The notes below the pieces were generated by a model. It worked only from the letters and a program-made list of their open reading frames with translations, made no database searches and had not been told where the DNA came from. Source: Octopus sinensis (Eukaryota). From it: DNA of 64,000 bases. The stretch lies in assembly GCF_006345805.1 (NCBI RefSeq), contig NC_043007.1, forward strand, positions 59,582,001 to 59,646,000, in the 5' to 3' direction. The stretch's first letter is position 1, and each line of letters begins with the position of its first letter. Of the stretch, positions 51,641 to 64,000 are shown piece after piece. The translations under genes and the position numbers were made by a program.

Positions 51641-52273
51641 TTCGCCACCCAATATTAGCACTACGCCTATCACATGGTTAAACAGCACCGTGATCTCTTT
51701 ACTACCACTACTGCTATTTCAACCAGCACCATTACTGTCACAATAAACTATCAATGACTCCACCACACTCGTTATTACTACCCTCATCAGTATCGTTATT
51801 AATTTCATCACTATCATAATCGTATCCGCTGTCACAACCACTACTATATACCATTGCCAAGACATCTACACCCAACATCGCAGTCACCACTACCATACAC
51901 AAACAACATATCTACCACGATCACCATATCCTGCCCTCCTCCTCTTATTTGTTCCCCCTTCACCACCATCATCGCCACCGCCTCCTGCTGTCGCTACCAC
52001 ACAGTCCCATCATCACTATTACAACCACAAACACCATCACATCACTACCATCAACCATATCATCCCCACCTGCCCCCACCACTACGATTTCACTACACCT
52101 CCAATATCGTCACTGTCGTCATCAACGTCACCGTCGTCACAATCTCCGACTCACCATCAACAATCAATAAGAGCATCAAATAGAAACACCCTGTTTCTAT
52201 TTGATGCTCTTATTTGATCGGATTTCATTCAGATCGATGACGGGGAAACTTGCTGCTAGACGCTAACGTTCAC

Positions 52274-52307
<34 letters not shown>

Positions 52308-52495
52308 TAATACATATGTATATACATAGATACATACATGCATCCACACACATAGACACATACACACACACATATATACGAGTATATATATGCGTATGTG
52401 TATATATAATATTTAATAACAGTTTGACTCAATTCCATGCAACTTACTCTTTCGTATGCTTGTAGAACGAACATAAATCATCAGGAACCCATATG

Positions 52496-52597
<102 letters not shown>

Positions 52598-52629
52598 TTA
52601 ATAATAATAATAACAATAATAATAATAAT

Positions 52630-53149
52630 ACAGGCAGTGGCTCTCATGGCTTCTTATCTTAACTGATTGGAAGTGTTATCATGTACATTGTTTTGTCTTG
52701 GTATAAAAGATGGGCTACAGCAAATATTCTGTGTCAGTTGTTTGACCTTAACCAGTTGAGCATGTCCCTTAGTGGCTGACGATATGTGCATCTCTGATCA
52801 CGAGCAGAAGTAGTGGGGGAGCATCATAGCCATGTGTTGAGAGGGATTCTTTGGGGTTTGAATAATTCACCTCTAGAAACATGGGTGGTTCTTTCAACAT
52901 CCTTAAACAACCCTTATTCAGGGACCCTTTGAGCGGGATGGGCAACTCAACCTGAAGAAAATTCTAACTGGGCCCCACCTGCAAGGTCATGTGCTGTTTA
53001 TCTTGATATGAGATCACCATGTCGCGCACATATGGTTGTGATGCATGTGTCTGGTGTACCCTTGTCAGACGGGTAGTCATGATGGGTATATTGGGCTTCG
53101 TATATTTTACCCCAGTGTCACTTTGATGGTATGAACTGCTCTCTCACTC
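52630..53149 (+). mobile_element. ~520-550 bp element, copy 6
   Basis: Lacks about 15 bp at the 5' end. Ends CTCTCACTC(AAT)n. Confidence 0.9.
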
Positions 53150-53223
53150 AATAATAATAATAATAATAAAAAGTGACAACAAAAAAATGAGACCCCGATA
53201 TTAGGTAAATAGAGGATTATTTA

Positions 53224-53580
53224 TATGTGTATAATTAGGGACAAACAGTAAGTTATCATTATAGTACTCGGAGTTTCGAATGTCAGAGCGAATAGTTACT
53301 ATGCATTCTAGTCGGCTATTAATGGCAACACACGCTATGAAAAACCGTTAAATAAAAGGGAAGTTACTCTAATAGGTAGAAAAAAAGAAAAAAGAAAAAA
53401 AATACATGCAACCATATTCTCACGATACATAGACGTAAAACCTCCCGCGTTCATAGCGTCTACATATGTCCACACTCACACAAACATGTATATGTACATG
53501 CACATATATACACAAACATATATGGGCATGTACGTACTCATACATACATTCATATCTACATACACACACATACATGTATG

Positions 53581-53621
<41 letters not shown>

Positions 53622-53710
53622 ACGCAACTTCATCCTCATATACACACAGGTTTCTACATGCATACACATATATCTAGACATTATACATATAAATATACGT
53701 ATATATATAT
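53224..53710 (+). repeat. Left arm of long inverted repeat (partner 57700-58083)
   Basis: Shared blocks, e.g. CGCTATGAAAAACCRTTAAATAAAAGGGAAGTTACTCTAATAGGTAGAAAAA and GCACGCAACTTCATCCTCATATACAC. Confidence 0.85.
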
Positions 53711-53761
53711 ACAGGCATACATTCACACTCCCGCATATACGTATACACACACACACACACA

Positions 53762-53831
<70 letters not shown>

Positions 53832-54354
53832 TATATCTACATATACATCCTCCTATATCACACGTGTATTCCTGCACATATACAAACATCTGCATATCCT
53901 ATAAATGAAGGGAACGTGTGCATAAAAGTCGCACTTATGCACTGGCCACTGTCTTGCATTCATATACATACATATATGCATACACATATATACACACGCA
54001 CATACATATACATATACATATAAAATATATACATTCATATACTCACACGCGTACACATTCACACAATTAAAAATGAAAAAAGGAAAAAAAAGGAAAGATA
54101 TAAAAAGTTAAAAAGACATATGGAAAGCTTGTGAAGGAACATAGTAAAAATGGGGATTCTATCTGTGATCTTGGGAGGCTCAAAACACCGTAAAAGGTAT
54201 TTTGTCCCAAATGAACATGATCCAAAAAGTTCAGTCCTTGAATTTAGACATGTATGTTTGTATATGTGCGGGTGTAGGTGTGTGATAAGAGGATGTATAT
54301 GTATGTATAAATATAAATATAAATATAAATATAAATATAAATATAAATATATGT

Positions 54355-57300
54355 AAAACTTAGATAAACTTAGATATGTTTCGACCAAAGATTGGTCCAG
54401 GCCATGTCTAACTTAATAGGATTATCTGAATCCTGTCTAAGCCAAGTTTTGTTTATGGTCCATTCAAGTAGTGAGTTTTTGTTGGGTGAGTTGTATCCAA
54501 TTATGGGTGGCTTATCTGGTATTCCTTGAAGGAATCTATCCAGACTCCGTTTAAAGTTGATGGGATCCTTTTCCTCTTTGATCTCTTTCGGGACAATGTT
54601 AAATAGGGCAGAGCCTGTTGAGGAAAAGAAATTATGTTGCAGTGTACATGTATGCTGTGATCTTGAATTGGGCAGGGGACGTATGGCCCGTGGTCCCAGT
54701 CTTGGATGATGAACCTTGAAGCTAATGTTCAGGTCGTTTGGGCAAAGTTGGCGGTATATTCTCCACATCGTACAAATGATGTACCGCTCACGGCGACGCT
54801 GGAGAGAGTAGAGTTTCAAGGCTTTAAGGCGGTCCCAATAATCGCCTTCAATTCGTTTAGTGAGTGCCCTCTGGAGTGATTCAATCCTCGAGATGTTTTG
54901 TCTTGTATGGGGACACCACAGTGGGCAGCAGTATTCGAGGTGTGGCCGTACAAATGAGGAGAAAAGTGGTATGATGACACCTTGTTCTCTGAACCAGAAA
55001 GTTCTTAAGATCCAGGAACTCATCCTACGAGCTATATCGACCTTATTGTTGATGTGTGCACTCCAACTGAGATCGTCATCAACAATTACACCCAGGTCTC
55101 TTATATTGTTAGAGGCTGTGAGCGGTTCCCCTGAAGGAAGAGAGTATGGCTGTTTTAGTGAGGTATTTCTTCCAAAATGCATCAGCTCAAATTTTGCCTC
55201 GTTCAGTTGCATTTTGTTTCTGTCTGCCCATTGACTCACAGCATATAGATCAGACTAGAGTTGAGTTCGGTCTGCTTCTTCATTGACGATTTGCTGGAAC
55301 TTAGTGTCATCAGCAAATATTTTCACTTTGCAGTAATGTACGATACTGAAAAGGTCGTTTATGTAAATTATAAAGAGTAGCGGGCCCAAGACAGTCCCCT
55401 GGGGGACACCGCTGGTGACTTTTGCTGGGCTTGAGTGGACTCCATCAACTACAACATGCTGTGTTCTATTCGCCAGGAAATACTTAATCCAGTGTAGAAG
55501 TTTGCCACGGATTCCAACATTTGCCAATTTTGAGAGTAGGATATTATGGTCTACCCTGTCGAACGCTTTACTGAAGTCAAGATATATGACATCAAAGTTC
55601 GAACCTGTTCCCAAGGCTTTGAGTATATCTTCAATGTGGTGTAAGAGATGTGTTAGACAGTCTCTGCCACAGCGAAAGCCATCCTGATTTGCATTTAGGA
55701 GTTTGTGGGTCTCCAGGAAGTCAGCTATCCTTGATCTTAACACTCTTTCAAACACTTTAATGATGTGGGAGGTGAGTGAGATTGGGCGATAGTTGACTGC
55801 GAGGGATCTGTTTCCCTGTTTGAAAACCGGGATGACTGACTGGGATAGAAGCTGTTTCGGTATATAACCTGAGTCTAACGAATTTCTCCTGAGGTTGGTC
55901 AGAGGGACTGCAAGTTGGTGTCTACATTCCTTCAGGCGACTAGCGGGGAATCTATCAGGGCCTACAGCAGAATAGTATTTGACCTCATTTATTGCTGCTA
56001 TGATGTCAGTGGCAGTGAAGGCTATGTCTGAGATTTTACGTTAGGAATCAGCTTCGTTCGCTTCTCTTACGTCAATATCAGTGGGAAAATTAAAGACAGA
56101 GCAGTATTGTTTCTGCAGTATTCCTGCCATTTCTTTAGCATCGTGTTGGGGAATGCCGTTATCATCAATCAATGGCTCAGTGGGTGAGACATTGGTTATA
56201 TGCTTATTTGCATAAGAATAGAACACTTTTGGGTTCTGTTTGATGTTTTTGATTACCCACTGTTCCTCCACAGCTCTTTGATTTTCAATGGAGGTTTTCA
56301 TGTCGGTCTGCAGATGAAGTTTTTCCAGCTCTAGCCTTTTCATTGTTGTTGAATGTGGATGTTGTATGTGGGAATATTTTAATTGGTTGATTTTTATATT
56401 GAGTCTTTTGATGCGCCTGATGAGTGTTTATTTCTTTTTAGGGAGCCGGTTTCTGTTTGTGTTAGTAGATTTCGTGGGAGCGTGTTTAGAGCATGTATAG
56501 GTGACAATGTTCTCAAAGTGCTGCCATGCGGTCTCAATATGGGTGGAATTGAGAGTAAAAGACCAGTCGATGAAAGACAGATCCTTTCTGATTGCTCCCC
56601 AGTCCGCTTTGTGGAAGTTTATGTTGTCAAATGAGTGCCATGGAGTGGGATTGGCTGGTTTGGTTTTTATATGTCGGGAATTAAAATTGCAGAGTACCAT
56701 GTCGTGGTCTTAGACGAGAGTTTTTTCAACTGAAATACTGTGAGCGAAGCTAGAGTGATTGGTCAATACCAGATCCAAGATCGTTTTATTCTGTCTCGTT
56801 GGTTCGAGCACTAGCTGAGTCAGGAAGAATTCATCCATTAGATTAAAGAGCAATTCTACTGCTGCTCTATCTGATGTAGAGCATTTGCCTAACTTCAGAG
56901 TATTTGTGGGCCAGTTCACATGAGGGAGGTTAAAATCACCCATCACTAGTATGTTTCCGGAGTTGTACTTCCGAAGGAAGGACCTGACTTTGCTAAGGCA
57001 CTCTTCAAAGCACTTTAGAGGTGCTTGGGGAGGCCTGTAAAGACCAACAATGATTATGTCCTTGGCCTTGCTGAATAGTGATACAGATTCACAATAGCCA
57101 TTGGAGAATATGTCCTTGGCATCAAGTGAAAAGAAGTCATGGATAAAGATGGCTGTCCCTCCCTTATTTCAGTCTGTGCGATCCGCACGAACAATGGCGA
57201 AATCTTTTATTTTCACCTCGGCATCCATATGGGTGTTGTTCAGGTGAGTCTCAGTAAGGATAAAGAAAGGGAAGCAATGTGCCGTTTCGGCAAGCCAACT

Positions 57301-57638
57301 CTCTATATATGGGATCTTCCATTTTTGGGCAATAATTGATGGGTTGATGCCACGTACATTTAACAGGAATGCCGAGGTAAAGAAAGTTTGATATTTGCAT
57401 TGTTCTAAGTTATGTTTTATGCCGTTCAGTGGTAACAACGTGGGTAGTCCTTGTATGGAGCTGTGTGTGTATGATTTTCTTGTTGGTAGTGGGTGTGTGG
57501 TCCTTGTGATTTGCATAAATCGTTGCTGATAGCTCGTTGGATTTCCTGACTTAGGTCGGCCTTTATATTTTCTAGGTAAGTCAGTAAAAAAGAGTTGCCT
57601 CTTTGGTTTGCCACTTGGTCAGAGGATACATAATTCAT
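54355..57638 (-). mobile_element. CR1-type (APE + RT) LINE, 5'-truncated, disrupted ORF2
   Basis: APE: LLNVRG, ILTETHL, RADR, YRPP, MGDFNLP, LDLVLTN, SDHD. RT: YRPISLTS, YLDFSKAFDRV, GVPQGTVLGP, FADDTK. C-terminus LEYC...LYSLQRRRER. 3' stem-loop plus (ATCTAAGTTT)2 tail. Confidence 0.92.
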
Positions 57639-57694
<56 letters not shown>

Positions 57695-57699
57695 TATAT

Positions 57700-58083
57700 A
57701 TATATACGTATATTTATATGTATAAATGTCTAAATATATATGTACGCATGCAGGCACTTAAGTGTATATGAGGATGAAGTTGCGTGCATATATATATATA
57801 TATGTATGTATACGTGTGCGTGTGTGTGGATATGTGTGTATGTGCATGTATATATACATATTTTGGGAGTGTGTACGTATGTAGACGTAATGAACGCAGT
57901 AGATATTATGTCTATGTATTGTGAGAATAATGTTTGCGTGTATTTTTTAAATCTTTTTTTCTTTTTCTACCTATTAGAGTAACTTCCCTTTTATTTAATG
58001 GTTTTTCATAGCGTCTGTTGCCAGACGAGAATGCTTCGTAGCTCTTCGTTCTTACTGTTTCTCCTACATTATACATACAAACA
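57700..58083 (-). repeat. Right arm of long inverted repeat
   Basis: Reverse complement of 53224-53710 with indels. Confidence 0.85.
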
Positions 58084-58312
58084 TATATATATATATATAT
58101 ATATATATACAAAATAAGAAAATGGAGGAAAATACTTTAATCAATCATCAACTACCAGATAATACCCATTCACATAATTTATTAACCAACTACATAGAAA
58201 CATCCATATCAAATACAATAATACAGAACAAAACAGTACAAATCAATGAGTAATATGATACCATAAGTACAATACGTATAAATAAATATAAATAAATATA
58301 AATATAAACTAG

Positions 58313-58439
58313 ATCTTACAGCTGTTTCAGCCATGTAGATGAGAGTATCTCATTATGCTCATATTAGCCAGGTGTGTTAAGGTAATATGTGGTTATAAAT
58401 GAGAAACTTACATATATATCCCAAGGCCTCTTCAGAGAT
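58313..58439 (-). ncRNA. Type I hammerhead ribozyme with long stem II insert
   Basis: Minus strand: AUCU-CUGAAGA(58435-58429)-GGCC...92 nt...GGCU-GAAA(58328-58325)-CAGCU-GUA(58319-58317)/AGAU. Palindromic stem III ACAGCUGU. Confidence 0.75.
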
Positions 58440-58723
58440 TATAAAGTACAATTCAAATATGAAAATTTGAGAAAGTACACATATACAAGAATAAGTACAT
58501 ATACATAATATACACATGCATGTAAGTGCATATACACATGCATGTAAGTGCATATACACATGCACCTACATATATATAAGTATATACATAATAGTATACA
58601 TACATATAAGGTTACAGTTAGTCAAATCGATATATTAGAATATACATACATACACACATCCACATGAAAGTGTACATATACAAAGTCCAGAGTTCATTGT
58701 ATTAAGTTATAAAAGGCTATTAA

Positions 58724-58763
<40 letters not shown>

Positions 58764-58840
58764 AATAATTTTGTTGATGATATTGCTATTCGTAGTAGTA
58801 GTCCTAATGATTTGAATATTACTAATAATCAGATAGCAGC

Positions 58841-59250
58841 TGCAATTGCAGAATCAAAGACAAATGTGTATTCAATAATGAATGCCTGAGGAAAGAGATG
58901 GTTTATCAATGCATTGTGAATACACAACATGATAGTAGGGTGTATATTGGTGCGACTAAAAATAGTATGAAACAACGACTGAACTATCATAGATACACTT
59001 TTAAAAATAAAAATAGGATGAATTCTACGGGGTTAAGTACTTATATTTGGGAACTTAAGAGCAAGAATATAGATTTTGATTTAAATTGGAAAATACTCAC
59101 TTCGGCACCAGTATATAATAATAGAAATTAAATGCTCTTTATGCATCAATGAAATCTTCTTTATTATCAAAACTAGTTTACCCATTATTAATAATCTTAA
59201 TGAGCTAAATAATCTTGCCTTCACAGACTAGCGTATACTTTCTCTAGATT
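58841..59250 (+). mobile_element. PLE GIY-YIG endonuclease fragment (third family)
   Basis: CNCRIKDKCVFNNECL-x3-MVYQC...VYIGATK..MKQRLNYH...LSTYIWELK...WKIL, then CSLCINE after a frameshift (59133). Confidence 0.85.
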
Positions 59251-60081
59251 TAAAAAGCACCAGGTTTTTAATCAGTAATTTTTTAACATTTTTATATAGG
59301 ATTACTATCATAGGCATTATAATTTATAATTTTATATTTCCATATATGTGTTCTGTATTGATTGGTTTTGTTTTGGTTTTGAAAATATATTGAAATATGT
59401 AAGTATATTTTGATATATACATGTTTTTTTGATCTACATGGAATTTTTCATTGGTATCGAACATATACATACACCATATCATATGCTGTTGGTTTGGGAC
59501 TTTGATATATTGATCTGTACCTAGTTTGTCTATATTAAGTACATGGTGTTTACATTTGGATAAGTATGTGTATATATATTTACATATATGTTTGTGTATG
59601 TGTATGTATATGTATATATGTATGTGTATATATATATGTATATGTATATATGTTGGTGTATGTGTTTGTCTATATATGCATGAGTATACTTACGGGGATA
59701 TATGTAATTGTATATGTATATCTATCTTCCTTGTGGGTCTTCCCATGCATTTGATTGGTAGCCTTAAATATTAAGTTCTCTATGTATATATGTATATTTG
59801 TACTTATTGGTACTTATTTTTGTAATTTTTTTATTTTTATTTTTTATTTTTTAATTTTTTTTATTTACTGGTACTTATTAATTTATAATTTATAATTCAT
59901 AATTTATTTTAACATATATATGTATATGTATATATGTTCATTTATGTTTGTGTATGCATGAATGTATGTATATACAAAGCTGTGGGCAGGCATGTATATA
60001 TGTACTTCCGAATGTGCATGTAGGTATGTCTACATATGTTCATGTGTATGTTTATATATATATATATATATATATGTGTAT

Positions 60082-60113
<32 letters not shown>

Positions 60114-60134
60114 GTTCACTGGTGGATATGTGTG

Positions 60135-60228
<94 letters not shown>

Positions 60229-61842
60229 GTATATATATGTTTGCGGATATAATTTGGTGTAGTTCTCCATACCTGTATATATATGGTTATTTATGTATAC
60301 CTGTAATTCTATCTGTATGTATGTCTGCGTACGTTTATATGTATATTCATGTTTTTATGGGGGGAATTTGCGTATGTGTGTGTATATATGTATATATGTG
60401 TATGCAGGTGTATATATGTATGTATATATATATGTGTATATATATATTGGTGCAGTTTTCCCATACCTATATATATTTATTGATGTTGTGTATGTGCGTG
60501 TACATATGGATGTGTATTCATATTTTCTTATGGAGTATATTTGTATGTAGGAGGATATATACGTATGCCTATTCTTTTAGGGTACATTTAGGTACTTGAG
60601 TCTATGTATACCTGTATATATATATATTAAATTTAGGTTTATAGGTGTATATCTGTTACTTATATGTATATTTATGTGTAGGTATTTGGGTATAAAAGTA
60701 CATATGTATGAGTCTTTGTACAAATGTCGGTGTATACTAAAAATAAAAATAAGCATGTATACACCGATAAGATATAAATTACGTAACTTTTGATGGGTTG
60801 TGGTGGTAAATGACTCCGGTTTTTTATTAATTGGTAGCCTTATATTTGTTTTGTATATGGATGTGTGGTTTGCTAGGATAGGGTTTATACAGAACTGTGG
60901 TTTGAGCAAGCTCATACCTGTAGGTGTTGATATCTGGACGGTTTCGTAGTGTTTTGGTTTTTTACGGTATATTCGGTGTAATTTTTAATTATGTATCTTC
61001 CGCAAATAACGTACTTTTTCGTTACCCTAGTTATTGTAAATGTGTGTGGTGAGTTTATATCCCTCTTGTAAACTTTATCTTAATATTTTCCAACCTTTGC
61101 CTAATATTAATCCTTACGTTTTCTACCCTTTTAGGCCCTTCTTTTTTGTACATTACGAATTACCCCTCCAATCCTTTTCGATGTATAAACAATTAGTATT
61201 ATCTTAATTTTAATGATTCTTAATATTATTTTAGTCATCAGTATGTATGTGTATGTATATATATATACATATATGTGTGCGTGGTTGTTTTGGGGTATAT
61301 GTATTTGTTTATATGTATGTATATATGGATATACACGTGTGTAGTTATGTATGTACGCATGTTTGTATGTAAGTTTGTATTTTCTGTGCTTAGGTTTATC
61401 TATGTGTGCATGTGTATGCGCACATATACATGTGTATGTATGCAAGTGTATCTTAACCAACCAACCGTAACTAAGACAATTGAAATTCAATCGTATTGAG
61501 CTTTAATTCAATCGTATTGAGCCAATCGTATTGAGCTTTAAATCTTAAATTATTTGCAAACCTGCTAATAAATATCAATCACCGTCCGAACTTTGATTTG
61601 TTTGTATGTATACGCATGCACACTTTTGTTTTTTTCTATGATGTAAAGAAATATTTTTTCTTTATATATGTGTTTGTTGAGCTATACTGTATTGTATGTA
61701 TACATGCAAACAGAAAGAAAGCAAAGATGGAAGATGCTCAGACGATGAATATTGAAGTATAAATATATAGATATTTACGTTAAAACATCAAACTTACACA
61801 GGGAACATATGTATATGTATATATAAGTATGTATATATGTTA

Positions 61843-61963
<121 letters not shown>

Positions 61964-62689
61964 GTACATACATGTATGTGTGTGTGTGCTGTGCGTGTGT
62001 GTTTGTACACTGCAAATACATTTTCGAGGTCATTGAATTGAGACAGTTATGGAGAAAATAAAAAGACGAGAGGAGAGTTAGATTGAAAGGAATGTAGATG
62101 AAGTAAATAAACTAAATAATCAGTTAAATAAATAAGTATATAGATGTAAGTGATAAAATGAGATAAATGAAAGAAAGTAATAAAATCAGTAATTAAATTA
62201 TTGACAGAACACTAGCAGAGAGTCAGGTGAGTGCGTAGTTTTCAGCTTTATCATCACCATCAAACAATGGAGTTAATAAGGAACCATATATTGTAAATAC
62301 TATAAATAAAGTCCGAAAGTAATAAAGATAACTGCCGCCACGATCATCACCATCGTCGTCATCATCATCATCATCATCATCATCGTTTTTCGTCGTCGTT
62401 GTTGTCGACGTCGTCTAATGGATGGTATTGAAGCAATAGAGTGAAGAAAAAGGTTTCAAGATTTTAAAAATTAAGATAAGTATAAGGATCCCCTTCTCCT
62501 CCTCCTTTTTTCTTCTTCTACGCCTCCTCTCCTCTTCTTCTCCTCCTCCTCCTCCTCCTCCTCCTCCTCCTCCTTCTTCTTCTTCTTCTTCTTCTCCCCT
62601 CCTCTACCTACTCCTTTTCTTCTTCTCTCCCTCCTCCCCCCTCCTGCTCCCTCTCATCCTCCTCTGCTTCTTTCCCTCTCCTCCCCACG

Positions 62690-63520
62690 TCGAGTGTCAA
62701 CCTGGTAGCTTTCTGTAAGTAGCCATTGGTCCGGGGCTGCTATGATAAACCATTCTGTCTCTGATTTTATGCCAGAAGACACTAACCATTGATGAGTAAG
62801 GGCTTTGTCAATATCAGCATTATTAATTATCTTTGGGTATTTGCCATTGAGAGGTTTTTCGTGCCATCTATCGGTGAGAATATCTAAGGTAGCAGTTTTA
62901 GCAAGGGTTTTCATATGCATTGCTTCATCTGTGCTTGTTTCCAGTGCATCTGATTCTGGGATTTGCTGTATTTGGAATTCACTTAGATATTTCCTTGTCT
63001 GTTTTGTTGATGAGTATGAGGTTTTCTTGCTTTCGTGCTTTAAGGCAAGTTTTAGCATCCAGTCATCTGAATTCTTCAGATAAATGTTTAGTCCAATTGT
63101 TGCAATCTTCAGTGTCAATTCAAGTTGTAAGAGTCCACAGCCACCACCTCCTGGAATTTTCCACTATCCTTTCCTGGAGACTTCCATTTGTTTGATCTTC
63201 TGAGAGCAGATCTTACCTCCTCTACCTTGATACCCTCTCACTTTTGCTCTTCTAAGGACGCTGAATCAGTAGATATTCGATCAATCTATTGTACGGTTTT
63301 TCTTTTGCCCAAGCTTTAATCCAAAATTCTTGCACATTTTCTTTTGATGGGAGCGATTTTACAGTAAATGATATTTTACCTATCTTCCTGTAAATAGTTT
63401 TTGGTTTATCTTTAAACATGTTGTTGTCGTTGAATAACCTTGCGCGCTCTTCATATCATGCTATGCGGGAAGCTTTAGCAGATACCTTTTGCTTGATAGT
63501 TTCTATAGTGGTATCGATGT
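62690..63520 (-). mobile_element. R4/Dong-like LINE, subfamily F-related, internally deleted
   Basis: ORF 62654..63118 (DDWMLKL...WHEKPLNGKY...SGIKSETE...AAPDQ). ETIKQKVSAKASR..YEER is readable at about 63400-63510. Confidence 0.75.
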
Positions 63521-63961
63521 CAAGTGTGGATTTCATATTATACTTTACATGTCACCCTTTCGAGGTCGATAAAATAAGTATCAGTTGAGTGCTGGTTTAG
63601 ATCAATAAATATAATTAAAGGATTAAGAATGATCCAAAACTGATTTACTCCTACCCCGAAATTGTTGGCCTTGTGTCAAAATTTGAAACCAATATTGTCA
63701 GGAAAATTGCACAACAATCCAAAGGCAAAGTCTTCGACAATTTTTCGGTACAAATGAATATCAATTAAAAAATATGAGATTCAAACAAAAGCTCCTTCGA
63801 ATAATCAGAAGCGTAAGAGTTTAATGGTTTAAACGGTTAGTATTGTCAATATTACGATCTTTGGTGATGTATCTATATAAATAGAAATTAATCTAAAATT
63901 AAAAAGAAGCAAATGAAAATGGATTACGAATTAGAAAAAGTAATTAATCGATTGTTTAGAT

Positions 63962-64000
63962 TAGTGGTTCTCAACCGGGGTCTACATGGCCTTTGGTGGT
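63962..64000. mobile_element. Start of hAT-like MITE (same family as 30289-30545)
   Basis: TAGTGGTTCTCAACCGGGGTCTACATGGCCTTTGG resembles the reverse complement of the right end of the 30289 MITE. Confidence 0.55.

Noticed and set aside
54371-54401. Hammerhead-like CCTG-GACCAA-TCT-TTGGTC-GAAACATAT at the CR1 3' end (minus strand)
   Set aside because: The CUGANGA box is incomplete, and there is no NUH triplet or stem I partner. It is better explained as the usual CR1/L2 3' stem-loop before a short-repeat tail.
61485-61540. Three copies of CAATCGTATTGAGC
   Set aside because: Short local tandem duplication without unique spacers. It is not CRISPR-like.
62205-62235. Strong donor CAG/GTGAGT with a possible 19-nt micro-exon
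   Set aside because: Isolated signal with a poor polypyrimidine tract and no supporting context.

Overview
AT-rich, microsatellite-saturated eukaryotic non-genic DNA, very probably octopus (inferred from the SINE families and repeat landscape; not database-verified). No intact host gene, rRNA, true tRNA gene or CRISPR array is supportable, and most ORF-track entries are translations of simple repeats. The window is a transposon graveyard. It holds about 18 fragments of R4/Dong-type (RT + restriction-like endonuclease) non-LTR retrotransposons from several subfamilies, mostly embedded in (TAA)n with consistent polarity. It also holds a disrupted Neptune-type Penelope-like element (PLE), two further GIY-YIG fragments, a 5'-truncated CR1-type LINE, several tRNA-derived SINE families, a small Helitron, Helentron-like and hAT-like MITEs, and six copies of an uncharacterised ~520-550 bp (TAA)n-associated element. 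The most notable observations are: (1) two sequence-complete type I hammerhead ribozyme motifs, one inside a 278-bp unit bounded by a perfect 61-bp inverted repeat; (2) a candidate R4/Dong-dependent non-autonomous retroposon; (3) two ~40-kb-apart LINE copies sharing the same two in-frame stop codons; (4) a ~0.4-0.5 kb inverted repeat bracketing the CR1 element; (5) a fold-back duplication at a LINE 5' junction. Boundaries are read by eye and are approximate unless stated.
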